NCBI GenBank assembly: GCA_040437565.1
Contig: JBDOQK010000041.1
Coordinates: 62,001 to 126,000, forward strand
Direction: 5' to 3'
Length of the DNA: 64,000 bases
From: Albugo candida
Lineage: Eukaryota
Shown here piece after piece: positions 1-13,449 of the stretch. The position numbers and the translations under genes were made by a program. Within the stretch, counting starts at the first letter, position 1. Every line of letters starts with the position of its first letter. The notes beneath the pieces were generated by a model, which searched no databases, was not told where the DNA came from, and worked only from the letters and a program-made list of their open reading frames with translations.

Positions 1-1670
1 TCCTATTAGAGATGCGTATTCGCTTCCACACACCTGAACGCTAGACAAAGCACTTTGTTTGAACGAGTGGAATGGTGATTGTAGTGACTAAGTGAATATA
101 TCGGACGGAGGCTGAGACAAAAAGCGTTCATGCTTATAAGTCGTTGTGCGATCTGCTGTCTGGTCTCATACTGTCCTGCCTGCTTCGTAGGCAAATCAGG
201 AAGTTTATAGCAAAAACATCGGCCGTCATCTGACGCGCTGAGGACAACATTCTGCCTGGGATGGAATCGAACACAATTCACAACACTAGAATGACCAATT
301 AGCACAGCAACGGGTGCACCAGAGCCAAGTTCCCAAATCCGAATGGTCTTGTCATCTGATGAGGACGCTAACAATGTATCAGAGGAATTCACTGCAAGAT
401 CAGTGACGTTCCCATTGTGACCACGAAGAGTATACCGCAAGTACCCAGTTTGCAAACACCATATCTTGATCAATCTATGCAGTACATTGAGCGACTCGAT
501 GCAATTGTGTCAGGGCTTCTTCTTACCTGTCATCAGCGCCCGTGATTGCAAATTTGCCAGCATTATCATACGTCAAGCAATAAGCGGGAATTTGAAGATG
601 GCCATTGACAACTTTAAGTCGGCGAAAACGGCTGTAGAGATGTGGTGAAAGCGCTGAGTCCATATTATTTTGGACCTTTTGCTTGCTTCCTATCTCACGA
701 CGACAGAGACGATGTATCTGGTTATGACCGGATCGCGTATGGCTTCGGAGAAGTCGATTACGATATATAAGTTGTTCAAGTTCTCGAAACTCATTGGCCA
801 GATTCTGCTCAGATTGACGTAGATGCAAAAGCTGCTTCATAGCCCGCACATCAGCTGCCAATTTGGTCGCTGTTGACTCTTTCTGCTCCGCTTGCTGGCC
901 GTTCAGCGCTGTTTGTAGCTCTATAGAAAGGTCTTCAGCCGTAACTGCATTTTTGAACTGCTGCATTCCCTCAAATCGATCCAATAAACGCTGTACCAAA
1001 AGAATGGATCGACGTAACTTTCTGCCTCTAAAGTTCGTCTCTACGAGCTTTTTTGCGACTCTTTTTCGCTCCTGTACGCTAAGCGTACTTCCAGCAGCAG
1101 GTCTAATTGGATTCATCAAAAGAGATCGAGGCTTCATATTGATGTCGCCTTCCTTATCTATGCCAGTATCCTCCTTCCGCGCAAGCGATAATAGCTGCAC
1201 CAAATGTGTCGAAGGTAAATTTTGATGACGCAAATGATAGTCCTCATACGTCGCCCGTACACGATCTCCTTTCCACGTCAATCTATCCTTCAGTAAATGA
1301 TGTTCTTCCAGCTCTTGGATGAGTGCATTGGCAGCTTTTTCACAAGGAGTCTCATGCTTCAAGAAGTTTGCGAGCAGGAAGAGAAGCTCTATTCGGTGAA
1401 AAAGAGTATGAGAAATGTACATAGAGCTCTTGTCTGCTTCAAACTACCTGATCGGTCTACTTGATCCATATATGACTTGCCATCTGCTGTTGCCCGAGCT
1501 AGAGAGAGATCTGTTGTAGCTCCTTGGAAATCTCTAGCTGCGGTGTTGCTACATTGATTGAGAGTGCTTGATAATGAAAGGTTTTCGTCGGTTTCTGCAT
1601 GATCGTCTTGATCCATTCGACAGGAATCAATCTGTTCTTGAGCTGCCTGCGCAACCTCGGAATCATTCAT
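1..1670 (-). CDS. BRWD/PHIP-like WD40-repeat protein, 5' part; spliced and runs off the window start
   Basis: Splicing intron 1389-1447 gives RSELLFLLANFL...ALIQELEEHHLL, typical of the BRWD N-terminus. WD40 repeats follow (GHNGNVTDLAV...SSDDKTIRIWE, GHSSVVNCVRFHP). A second intron lies at about 474-526. Confidence 0.8.
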
Positions 1671-1741
1671 CTTCTTTTGAAAACAAAACGGACATAGACC
1701 GAACTTAAGAAACAGAGACCGAACTTATCGATGCTACCAAA

Positions 1742-3032
1742 ATGTTGCGTCCCGCTCCTCGACGCGGCAATGAGCCCGTCACCTGCAGCGAGCCAGAAGC
1801 TTATATGAACGCTAGTGTGTCAACGAAGGGAGCACAATCCACCGGTGAACTGGATGTTGAGGATAGGAGTATATCAGTAGCGATGCTGGATACACATACT
1901 GATGAATTGACAAAATCTTTGGAGTCAGATTGGATTCATAATCCATCCAGATTTTTATGGCTGTTGTTATTCTCAGCGATCGCGGAATGTGTCACGACAT
2001 GCTATACCCCAGAAATTCGGATATTTTCCATAAACGTCAGTGCAACTGCTTTAAATGTAGTGGGATGCTTTCTCGATGGAATGTTCCACAGTTTGGAAAA
2101 TTCTGCCAGAGAGATGAGTTGCTCCGTCACAAGAGAATTTCGTTCAGCCTATTTGGGGTACGACTTCTATCCTTACACTTTTAAATTTCTCTGATGCGCT
2201 CTAATGGAAAAGAGTACTCACTTCTTATTCTTTCATGGTCGACCATGCAAGGGATCTAAGTGAGAAGACATTCTTCTACGGATATTTCTATATTCTGCTA
2301 TCACTGATAGGAGGCTGTTTGAGTTTTTCATGTGGTCGACTGCTGACTCGAAGCTTTCTCAAACTCCCTATCGCTCCAAAAGCATATAATGCAATTTCTC
2401 CAATTCTGCAGCCCAACTACGTCCCTATCGCAATTGTTTTCATCTGTCTCACCATCCTTCGAGCAACATTTGGACCAGAAGGATTTGTTCGGTATTTTTG
2501 ACAAGATACACGTACTGTGTGACTCAGATGTTGATACCTCACTTCACTATATGTAGCGATCCAAAGGACACACAGTTTATCGGAACTTTCAAGGTTCATG
2601 ATGGTCAGGAATTGATATTAGGAATATTTATGTCATGTAGTGCAATTTTATGGTCTGAGCACATATACGACCGATTACAAGGAACACGCTTTCTTTCAGT
2701 CGATTGGAGCTCTCTTAGCTGCAATGCTTTATCCTGCTTTTTATTGTATGGTACTTATACCGCAAAGATCTATTTCCCAGACCTTATTGAGCACAATCTC
2801 TTGATGCTGAAGTTTGTATCGTCATTCTGTGGCTCTCTCTCGTGTTTATCGGCGTGTATCACTCATATGAGCGTACGTGGCCTTTATCCGATCTCTGAAA
2901 TTGTGAATACTCACCGCGATCGCTTAGCAGGTGTTGTGGATGGACGGAAAGTATTTGACCGCTGTGCAGAATTTTGTGTCACAGACATGCGTAGCCTTTG
3001 CGTTCATCAACCTACTCTTAAGCCCCGATTAG
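1742..3032 (+). CDS. FEX/CrcB-like fluoride export membrane protein with two CrcB-like halves, spliced
   Basis: Multiple hydrophobic helices. First half has NVVGCFLDG...AYLG/VLTSYSF; second half has NALSCFLLYG...SSFCGSLSCLS. Both resemble the CrcB NxxG and GFcGxLTTFS motifs. Confidence 0.6.
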
Positions 3033-3143
3033 GAAAGTGCTGACGTATTGGAAGCGAGAGAACATACAACAGAAATAGATTGAAGCAAATGAGCAATTAT
3101 TTATTCCTTGCACAGGCTTTTTTTTGGACGAAATCTCACCTCT

Positions 3144-4049
3144 TCACGCCTTTTCAGTGCTTGGTTCATCGGAGGCTTGCGTGTTCTCATCTTGCTGCCC
3201 CTCCTGAGCTTCTACTTCGCTTTCATGATGTTTTGGAGTCATATCACTTGATGAAGAAACAGATTTGCTGTGATGTCGATGTCGCTTACGTTTTTTGTCT
3301 TTCTTCCTTTTCTTCACACTCGCACTGCGGCTTGTGCTCTTCTTGCTTCGCTTTCTCTCTCGACTTGGGTGCCTGTTTTTTGAGTCGCTCAAACTTGGGC
3401 TTCTACTGCGACTTCGACTTGCGCTTCGACTTGAGCTTGGACTGCGGCTACGACTAGCACTTATTGATCCATTACTACGACTTTGGCTTCGACTTTGACT
3501 GCGACTGCGACTTCTTCCCGGGCTTTGACTGCGTTTCCCACGCAGCTGTCTCACACGAACATATGCACGATCAAATCGATTGCGGAATTTGGTATCATCT
3601 AATCGCTTGATTGCATATTTCATGTCATCATAATGTTTAAAATCGACGATTCCATCGCCACGTTTATCGATTTTAGCGAATGTGACTTCACCCGCTTTTC
3701 GCATAAAATCTTTCAAATCTTGCCAAGAAACACGCGATGGCAAATTCGTCACTTTGACTGTATTCGACCCGTTATTGCGCGAGCCACGAATATGTTTTTC
3801 TTTCTCGGTGTTTTTAGGATTCGCACGTTCAACGCGCAAGCGCTGGCCTTCATACTTGTAGCCATCTCGTGCTTCGATTGCATCTTCCGCATCACGAGCG
3901 TCTTCAAAGTCAATAAACGCATATGCTGGTGGTCGTAATGGAAGCTTAAGATCAATGTCCTGTATTTTTCCATGTTTGTAAAACAGATCTTCTACTTCGC
4001 GAGTGCGAATGCTCATAGGGAGATTTCCAACATAGATTCGTTTTGACAT
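3144..4049 (-). CDS. SRSF1: SR splicing factor, ASF/SF2 (SRSF1) family, intronless
   Basis: RRM1 IYVGNLP...YAFIDFED, pseudo-RRM signature SWQDLKD, C-terminal RS domain. Confidence 0.92.
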   Translation of the reverse strand: MSKRIYVGNLPMSIRTREVEDLFYKHGKIQDIDLKLPLRPPAYAFIDFEDARDAEDAIEARDGYKYEGQRLRVERANPKNTEKEKHIRGSRNNGSNTVKVTNLPSRVSWQDLKDFMRKAGEVTFAKIDKRGDGIVDFKHYDDMKYAIKRLDDTKFRNRFDRAYVRVRQLRGKRSQSPGRSRSRSQSRSQSRSNGSISASRSRSPSSSRSASRSRSRSPSLSDSKNRHPSRERKRSKKSTSRSASVKKRKKDKKRKRHRHHSKSVSSSSDMTPKHHESEVEAQEGQQDENTQASDEPSTEKA

Positions 4050-5131
4050 TGTGTAAATTTTGCTGTGAGGCTCTCACCAAAGACTTGACAGATAACGATA
4101 TATAGCTGTTGTATTGTGTTATATCGTATATTTGTATACAAATTGAATGGATGACATGAATCACGTTCGGATTACTGCTGGTCCTTGTTTTCGTTCCGGA
4201 TTGAGTTCATTACAATGGTACATGCAATTGTGATACATCATCGGCATTCTATTCTAAACTATAATGCAACAAACTGATTCTGATAATTCTGCCAAACTGC
4301 TGGTAACAAGCATTCTTATAGCACTGACGGTGAACATTTGACATACGGTATACCCTCCAAAATAGTCGACTTACATGATGTCAGGAGATTTTGCATCGAA
4401 GACTTTACTTCCTACTATTTAGATTGTGTCCTACTAATCAACACTCAAGCCTGAATCGTCAATCAGACTCTACCGACGACGTACAACGATACAGAAAGAA
4501 TCGTCTGAAATGAGCAAAGCATCAGACGTATTAGTAAATCTGGTGTTTAAAGTCTATGCCCACAACGGACTCTCTTTATGGTAAAATATATAGGCGATTC
4601 TTACGAGCAAGTGGAATTGTGTCTCACATCACTCGCTTTGGATAATTGCATCGACGACAGCACAAGTGACGTTAAATTTGAAGGAATGTGTGATGACCAC
4701 AGACTGTCACCCAAACTTCAAAATAGACTCAGTTTCAGTCTTCAGCGCTACTTTACTGATTACAACTATACCGTATACCGTTTGATCACGTCTGCAGATC
4801 TCATTAGTAATTTCATTGAGACCCTCAGATACTTTCATTCGTATTTTGGCTTCTCGTCGATACTTTCTCGTGGATCATTTGTGCCTAATCGGTTGATTGG
4901 ATGCTATCGATTTTCTTCATCAAAGCAATTTTTTTGTACGCCTTTGTGTATGATATTGCTTGCTGGATATATGCGCGAGTAGAGAACTGGCCACCTTTCA
5001 TGGAGCGTAATGCGTTCAATATNNNNNNNNNNNNNNNNNNNNNNNNNNNNNNNNNNNNNNNNNNNNNNNNNNNNNNNNNNNNNNNNNNNNNNNNNNNNNN
5101 NNNNNNNNNNNNNNNNNNNNNNCATTTGTGC

Positions 5132-8100
5132 CTAATCGGTTGATTGGATGCTATCGATTTTCTTCATCAAAGCAATTTTTTTGTACGCCTTTGTGTATGA
5201 TATTGCTTGCTGGATATATGCGCGAGTAGAGAACTGGCCACCTTTCATGGAGCGTAATGCGTTCAATATAAAGTCTTCTTCCTACATTCAACAGATTTCT
5301 TAGACCTCCAGATGTGATAATTGAGCCGCATTCTACCTGCTGGGATATGCTTCGCGCCCGCAATAATCGAAGGACAGCATTCCATGTTTCCCAATTCTCT
5401 ACCAGAATGTGATAAATTTGCTGGGACAAACTTGGATTGATCAGAGCATGGCTCATTTCGTCGCTTGATGGCGATATACCCAGTGAAAGCGCTATATCGG
5501 TCTTCACATTATCCAGCGCTTTACTTGAATACATCATCGTATTGTCCGCGTCGCGATGTCCAGGTGATGGAGAGCTTTCAAATGTGGAAGGTGTGTAACC
5601 AGGTGACCCGGTTGGGGAGCCTGGTGACATGGAGCGTGATGGGGAGTCCGACTGACGATGCGTTCGCCTTGCATGCATTCTGTTCATATGACTGAATCGT
5701 TTCCGAGTCCGGTGTCGTTTAGAGGGCTGCCCCTTCAACGTTGCTGCTTCATCTGCTGCTTCACCTTGATAAACATTGTTTACTTGTTGTTGCTATAAGA
5801 GTGTGAAGAATGAATGTTCACAGGAAGCAGCTTGCAGTAGAGGAATACCTTTAAAGTATTTTTCTTGTAAGGATTCCCAAGATTGAAGCATAATTGCCTC
5901 CTTCGTAGTCCAGTTGGAGTGTCTTCGTCAATTTCTGGTTCTCCAAGCGGATTTCTTAGAGCTTCTTTGTTGATCAGACGTGATTCGTAGTCACTCATTA
6001 CATCGATCGGCTGTGAATGTTTGTTATCATCCTGGAAAGCCAGAGAGTGAGGAAATCGTTTCATTGAACTGGTATTTGTGCTCGAAAGTTGCGAGCAAAA
6101 TAATTGCGACTGTGACAAGTGAGTCGTTTTGACTTTTGATGCATGCTGATAGTAATGTGTTTTTGCGTGTATAGTTATCAATTCGTCAACAGACTTCATT
6201 CCAATTGTGTCAATCAATGTTCCAGTTCTACTTGAGCTCTGAGCAGCGCCGAGTGACTTAGTAGGGGACCCATCTGCTTTGGAATCATTGTACGAGTCAT
6301 GTTGCACTGGCGTCCTTGCTGAGAGTGCATTAATTTTGTTGTTTTTTTCGTTTTCTAGAATTGACTGCTCTCTTGCACAATTCAAGTAGGCTGAGATCTA
6401 TAAAAGAAGCTCTATTAACCCGAAAGCAAGTGTGGTAAGGCACGTACCTGATAGTTGCGACCGAAATCTTGTACATCAGCTACCATGTCTTGGAGATTAT
6501 ACTTGCTCAGTGCTTTTCTCAAAGCCGTATGATAATAAATCGGGCATCCATTGACGTACGAGGAAAAGTTCTCACGCCATGTTGAAGGCATGCCTTTCCA
6601 TTGGAATTGCCAGGATCCATCCGAAGAAGTGATATTCTGTCCACTTGTTTGATAGACGCGGGCGATGTCAACCAACAACGTGAAGAGCGCCGGATAATTG
6701 TAAGGCAAAAGAACTAAGAAAACGGATGCTGCATTTCCCGAAAATACAGTTCGTATGAATCCAATTGGATCTCCTNNNNNNNNNNNNNNNNNNNNNNNNN
6801 NNNNNNNNNNNNNNNNNNNNNNNNNNNNNNNNNNNNNNNNNNNNNNNNNNNNNNNNNNNNNNNNNNNNNNNNNNNTTTCCATTGGAATTGCCAGGATCCA
6901 TCCGAAGAAGTGATATTCTGTCCACTTGTTTGATAGACGCGGGCGATGTCAACCAACAACGTGAAGAGCGCCGGATAATTGTAAGGCAAAAGAACTAAGA
7001 AAACGGATGCTGCATTTCCCGAAAATACAGTTCGTATGAATCCAATTGGATCTCCTAATGTGTAAACATGAGGTATGCAATGCGAAATCAAAGCGAGCAC
7101 GACGTACCCAGACTATCATCTCCTCGACTGCCTTCCACATACACCATCCAGTGCTGTCCTCGTGGAGGAGAAACATCAATAGGTGACTCGAAAGAATAAC
7201 TATCGGCTGGGAATCGAAGAGTATCGAGCAACATGTGGCTTGTGGCTGCCTCGATTGCAGTTTCGATAGTACGAACATATGTCAGTGTGGGATGTGCATC
7301 ACGCGGTTGTAATGTCGACGTACTGCGGTCAACCCAAAAAGATTCGGGAATGGGCCAATTGTAGTCTTTCCCGTTCGGAATGGGACAAATAACTGTTCGA
7401 GTATAGACACTTGCTTCGTTTTCTACTGGTTCAGTCTTGAGATTTATTACAGCTCCGTTTTTTAGCTTCAGCATAATCTGGTCAACGCTATGGGTACACA
7501 CTCTTGTAAAAGAAATTCTGTTAGCGAATACCTTCAAACCTTTGCTCCACTGCATGCTTTGAAGTCGGGGCGTACAGCGTTCCCCCCGTTGCCTCTGCTA
7601 AGGCCATCAACTGTGTCAGACACGTGGACTGCGATTTCCCGTGTGAATTGGAAGCTGAAAGCTTCAATGCAATAGTGTAAAACCTCTACCGTACACCAGT
7701 ATTGATACGAATTCCGCAAGTATAGAGAAGTCTTACCTGATCCCAGCGATATGGCTCTTTAGTGAGATCCGCAGCGACTGCGTGAGATGATGGAATGAAA
7801 AGCGAATCTTGAGGCAAGCCCTCCGAAGTGGTAAAGCCTTTAGCATCTGTTAGAAGAATACAAACCGAAACATTCGTGTTCCACGGAGTGCGACCGAGTC
7901 CATAATTGTCCCAATTATATTGAAGCCGAACTTGATTCATTAGCTTAAATGCTTGTTTCAGCGCCATTCCCAGGTCGCTGACATCCGTTGCTTGCAGATT
8001 CTTGAGCTCTTGAATGAAAAAGTCTTTGTTTGTCGACTGGTCCCATCCCACACGTACACGGCCTTTATACGAAGCGGCATTATCTAGCTGGGTATTGGCT

Positions 8101-8279
8101 TTTCGATTATCGATCCCGCAAGAGACTAGCATGAAATGATGCTGGTAGCGACGAACAGGATCGCGAAGGCGTTTGAAGAATCTCTCTACAGCTGATTTTG
8201 CGTAATCTAGCAATGTCATCCCATTGCTTGTCGTCTGGTTCATCGACGCACTCGTATCGATCACGAAAGTCACCAGCAT
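5132..8279 (-). CDS. INTS6: Integrator complex subunit 6 (VWA domain), multi-exon, spans an assembly gap
   Basis: N-terminus FVIDTSASMNQ...LLDYAKSAVE, plus DNYGLGRTPW, LTKEPYRWDQ, WPIPESFW, LPYNYPALF and FNLGNPYK. Inferred last exon GQFSTRAYIQQAISYTKAYKK resembles the INTS6 C-terminus. The last exon is also duplicated at 4885-5022. Confidence 0.88.
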
Positions 8280-9116
8280 GATTATATATGCTTACATTCG
8301 AGCAACATGTATGAGATGATATGGATCGGATCTCTTTCGACTACAAATTAGATGTTCGTTAAAGTGCTACCTCCTGATGTTATTTTCATTGTTCCTGGTC
8401 ACTTAAATTGGCGTCGGGAACTTCGAATCATTGAGAACATGCTGATATTAATGAGGTTACAAAAAGAAATTCTGCTACAAGTAAAAGCTTGTATCTCTTT
8501 GATGTTACGTAATAATGTCCGTTGACGAGCTACATGGTGATTTGAGTGGCGCGACCTATTTACTTTTTCTCGGCATGAATGTTTGTCTTTCACGTTTGCA
8601 TACATCGCTCGCGTTTGATAGCCACACGGAATCACGCAGACGCACTTAACTTCGTTCTAAATAGCTCAATAGAATCGTTACACATATTACGGAGACGCCT
8701 TGATTATAAGTGCGTCATAGTGGTCTGTATAAATTTAGATGCCATCCAATACAATAAGGTATACCATCCAGACTAGAATTTAGATACAAATGATCTCTAC
8801 GTCACTCCCAATCAATGCCGTCACCGGCTTCTTTATTTTCAATTTCAAAGTCTCATATCACATAACGATATCGCGTTCTCAATCACGGTTTCGTGCTATC
8901 TAAACATTATAACAATGGCAATGACCGGTGAAAAGGAAGTAATTTATGATGCGAACCTAAGCATAAATCCGGCNNNNNNNNNNNNNNNNNNNNNNNNNNN
9001 NNNNNNNNNNNNNNNNNNNNNNNNNNNNNNNNNNNNNNNNNNNNNNNNNNNNNNNNNNNNNNNNNNNNNNNNNTAATTTATGATGCGAACCTAAGCATAA
9101 ATCCGGCTATCACGTC

Positions 9117-9131
9117 CATTTTGGCGCGAAA
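9117..9131 (+). promoter_or_regulatory. E2F-like site upstream of RAD51
   Basis: TTTTGGCGCGAAA matches TTTSSCGC on both strands, about 45 bp before the RAD51 ATG. Confidence 0.45.
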
Positions 9132-9172
9132 TTTACCCAAGTGCGCATTCATCCTTGCTGGTCACTACGAAA

Positions 9173-10597
9173 ATGCTAAATCAAGCTGAGAGATCGGACG
9201 AAGTTCAAAGCTTTGAAGATGTGCAACGGGAAATGGTATCTCCTATATAAAATGAATTCAATAAGAGCCTTATATCAACGCTACGGTAGGCTGGACCGAG
9301 ACTTATCAACTGCCTGGAACAAGCTGGCATCAACGCCACTGATGTAAATAAATTAAAGGAAGCAGGGATGCATACTGTTGATGCGGTAATCGTGAATGAA
9401 GAGTGCTACCAAAACTCCGTGATACATCTCCATACTTTCCATAGGTTGCAATGGCGACAAAGAAGCAGCTCATAAATATCAAGGGTATCAGTGAAGCCAA
9501 AGCTGACAAGATGATCAAAGCGTCCAGAGAGATGGTGAATATTGGCTTTACCACGGTAGGAGATGCAATTACTGACACCTCAGTCAATTGAATGAAAGAG
9601 GTCCCATCAGTAGGCAGCGGATGTCTTGATGTCCCGTAAAGATCTTATCACCTTATCAACTGGTTCGACCTCTCTTGACGAGTTACTCAAAGGTATTTCA
9701 TCGCTAATAATTTGCATAGTATGTTATCAAAATATCGGGCTGCTCGTCAGGTGGCTTCGAGACTGGTTCTATCACAGAGCTTTTCGGCGAGTTTCGAACA
9801 GGGAAAACACAATTATGCCACCAGCTCTGTGTCACATGTCAGCTACCGGTCGATCGAGGAGGAGGGGAAGGAAAGGCTCTTTTCATAGACACAGAGGGAA
9901 CTTTCCGTCCACAACGTTTGGTGGCCATTGCTGAACGTTACGGATTGGATGGTAAGCTCAGCTCTAAAGTTGTCACTTCGATAGCGCGGGTGTTGACGAG
10001 TTAACTAGGTGATAGCGTTCTAGACAATGTCGCATTTGCACGAGCTTACAATTCAGAACACCAGATGCAGCTGCTGATCCAAGCATCAGCAATGATGGCA
10101 GAATCTCGATATGCTCTAGTCATAGTGGATAGTGCAACAGCTTTGTTTAGAACAGACTTTTCGGGCAGAGGAGAATTGGCAGCACGTCAACAAGAACTCG
10201 CCAAGTAAGCGATTCGGACACCAATTGGTATATCTTATGGCTCCTCTCATCGTTTTGATAGGTTTCTTAGAGCACTTACGAAGATGGCAGACGAATTTGG
10301 TGTTGCGGTTGTAATCACAAATCAGGTCCGTCGTTTCGCAAGTATGAATACTGATCATATCAGTCAATGTGCCTCATTCCTTAGATGACAGCGAATCCTG
10401 ATTCCGGGATGTTTGCTAAAGATCCATTACAACCAATCGGAGGAAATATAATGGCACATGCTTCTTGTACCAGATTACGACTTAGAAAAGCCCGCGGTGA
10501 AAATCGGGTTATGAAAGTTGTAGACTCACCAATCCTTCCGGAAGCCGAAGCTATTTACGCAATAACAGAGCAAGGAATCACGGATGAAGTGAATTGA
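9173..10597 (+). CDS. RAD51: DNA recombinase RAD51, 8 exons
   Basis: Spliced product has [10 protein letters not shown], Walker A GEFRTGKT, Walker [23 protein letters not shown] and [11 protein letters not shown]. Seven GT-AG introns of about 54-60 nt. ESRYAL and GGNI favour RAD51 over DMC1. Confidence 0.95.
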
Positions 10598-10703
10598 ACA
10601 GAATCGATCCGAATACATTTTATTACTTGTATATGCATTGGTAGCACTCTTCAATCTTCATGCAAGCTTAACCACAATACCTCAATGCCAGTAGTACTTT
10701 ACG

Positions 10704-11877
10704 TCACATTCCAGGAAAGTCTAGCACCTTCGCAATGGATGCTAGACTTATTCGTCCATGCTGCGAAATCAGCGTCACAATTTGATCGATTTCCACTTCC
10801 GACAAATATATATATCTGTCTCGCTGTTTTGTGATCGGGATGATGGCATTTGTCTCCTGCAGCTCTGTAATGGACGACTGCACGTCCAAAATGCTCAGTT
10901 CGAGTGCCATTGAAATTTGATCGACATGTATAGTTTTGTGCAGCTATACAATTCGATTAAGATATTGACGCCATGACTTTATGATAGAAATTACCTTAAC
11001 AAACTCTTCTACAGCATCGAGTGATTCTTTGGATTTCTCTGTACGTTCGGCTACAGTCGTCTTTTTCGTTGAGTACATATTGTTCCAGCTGTCGACTTGA
11101 TCCTTTTGCTTTTCGAATTCACGTTTCTTTGATTCTTCCTTCAAATCCTGTATTAATAAGAGACATAATCTTTATAAGCTCTTCATATGCTCTTGGATGA
11201 ATTTGTACACACAAATTCTTTCTCGAGCTTCGCTTCGAACGCTCTACGTTTGCGATAAGCCTAGGATAGTTTTAGCCTTCAGGTTGCCCCCAGTGAGTAT
11301 ATATTGACTCACTTCTTCTTTTATTTCGTCCCGCCGTCGTAGTTCTTCTCTCCGAGCCATTTCTTGCTACCACGTTGTAGCGTTAGAATAGAACAATACG
11401 GTGAAAAGTAGCAAATACTGACCTGATGCAATTCTTCTCGTTCACGACGCTTTGTCTCCCTTCTGATGTTCCTGAGTCTAAGCTCCGGGCTGCGTGAACA
11501 AGCTTCTTGAAATGCCTCCTCATACTCGCATTTTCATTACATACACTACGTCAGCTTCTTCATCGTTGTTTTGGTCTTGTTCAATTTGACCGTATTCCTT
11601 TTCTTCTTCAATTTCAACAACATCGTCAGCTTCTTGTTTCTTTCGATAGTTTTTTCGCTTCCGAAGTTTCTCCATCCGCTTTTGCTTCCATAGTTCTACT
11701 TTTTCATCCGTAGTAGTGATCTGCGCGAGTCTTTAGATGAGCGTGTGGAAATTATAGACTGCATAACACATCTACCGATTTATCTTCTTTGTGGAAGTGT
11801 CCTGCTGTAAACAGAATAATCAGTGTCGTGAGTATCAATCCCGTGCCGGCAATTATTAAGAAAATAGCGTCCTGCAT
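10704..11877 (-). CDS. DDRGK1: DDRGK1/UFBP1-like UFMylation adaptor, divergent, multi-exon
   Basis: N-terminal TM (IFLIIAGTGLILTTLIILF), charged coiled coil, W-containing segment (DSWNNMY), and C-terminal winged helix ...ITELQETNAIIPITKQRDRYIYLSEVEIDQIVTLISQHGRISLASIAK. Confidence 0.7.
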
Positions 11878-12298
11878 ATTCGCCTCACAAACTTGAGAAT
11901 TAAACCAATCACGGTGCTGATATTGTTTTTTTTTGGTCGCACAGGAAGCATCCCTTTTGCGATGACGTCATAATGAAAGCGGGAATAAAATATATGCATA
12001 GCTGAACGTATTCATATTCTCATAGTCTCATCAATTAGACAATAGCTCAGTTGATCGTATTGTAGATAGTTCGCGCTAGTTCACAGTCCAGGGCCCTGAG
12101 TAGAGCCTAACGCAATCATGCTACCATTCGGGTCATCATGTCTGGATTTGTACGATGTGCTTGAGATGCATCATGAAGCTCGCATCAAGACGACCGGATG
12201 TTTATATTGAGTTTAAACATGCTGCACGCACTTGCTACTGCTCTCTAGTGTCTCCACCATACTTAGTGATGATCGTTTCCAATACTTGAACATCAGAT

Positions 12299-13209
12299 TT
12301 AGCAGCAGCTGCTTGACTCTTTCTTTGTCCTTGCTCTGCTTAGATCAATTGTCTCCGGCACATAGCTTGATGTTCGTATTAGCATGATATCGTAAGTTTC
12401 TCAATGAATGGACTTTCGCTTACATGTCTTCTTCTTGTCCTTTTTGTAACGCGATCGAAGCGATGGTTCGAAAGGCTACTTCAACGCTCGTTGATTCCTT
12501 CGCACTCGTTTCAAAGTGGTTCAAAGGCTGTCCCAAACTTTTAGATTGACACCATTCTTGTGCCCTCTCCAGTGATACCTGATTTGATTAACGATCATTT
12601 TTGATAAAATATGAGAATCAGAACGGCGAAATCACCTTGCGTTCTGTTTCTCTATCCACCTTGTTGCCCAGTACTAAGAATGGAAAGGTATCAGGATCGC
12701 GTGGTGCAGCTTGAACTAGAAATTCATCTCGCCACGAGTCCAACTTCTGGAAGGACTGATTTCCACACATGCATGCTCGTAAAAGACGATCTGCCGTACA
12801 ATTTCCAATGTCAAAATACCTTGGGATTAGTTATATCGTAGACGAGGATGCATGCGTCTGCACCACGATAGAACGCTACTCCGAGACTCTGGAAGCGTTC
12901 TTGTCCAGCTGTGTCCCAAATCTTATTCCAAGCGATTATGTTTGTTAAATACTGAAAAAATCATGAACTTATACCTGCAATGTTACTAATTTATCGTCGA
13001 ACACAAATTCTTTCGTCAAAAAATCTGCTCCGATAGTCGCTTTGTATTGATTGGAGAATTTCTGATTCACATATTGATTCATTAATGACGTTTTCCCCAC
13101 ACTATCGTATTTACTGCTACTTAAGAATCAGGATAAGTCTCATAATCATTACGTACCCACTATCCCCGAGTATTGTAAGCTTCAATAATACTTTTTTCCG
13201 ATGTGCCAT
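12299..13209 (-). CDS. RAB7: Rab7 GTPase, multi-exon
   Basis: [68 protein letters not shown]-terminal SSCC prenylation motif. Confidence 0.95.
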
Positions 13210-13449
13210 ATTTCTTTGAATTTTGATTCCCAAGGTGAAAACTCTACGTTTTTGATAACCTCCCGGTAATGATGCGAGCGAGTTAGCCTCAATTATTTCT
13301 TCCGTCAGATATGTAGACTGTTTTCACAGTGGAATAGATTTTGTGATGCATGATACTGTACGAATAAAAGCGATATTATCATGCGAATTGAAATATGAAG
13401 GCGTAAAGAAACAGCGCGAATTGGCAAAATATTGGCTCGAATCGCCTAT

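Noticed and set aside
3295-3540. CGACTT/CGACTG hexamer repeats
   Set aside because: These are the RS-domain codons of the SR protein.
4578-4982. 134-aa plus-strand ORF
   Set aside because: No recognisable motif and overlaps the duplicated INTS6 3' end antisense.
9173-10597. DMC1 rather than RAD51
   Set aside because: [15 protein letters not shown] and GGNIMAHAS are RAD51-type.
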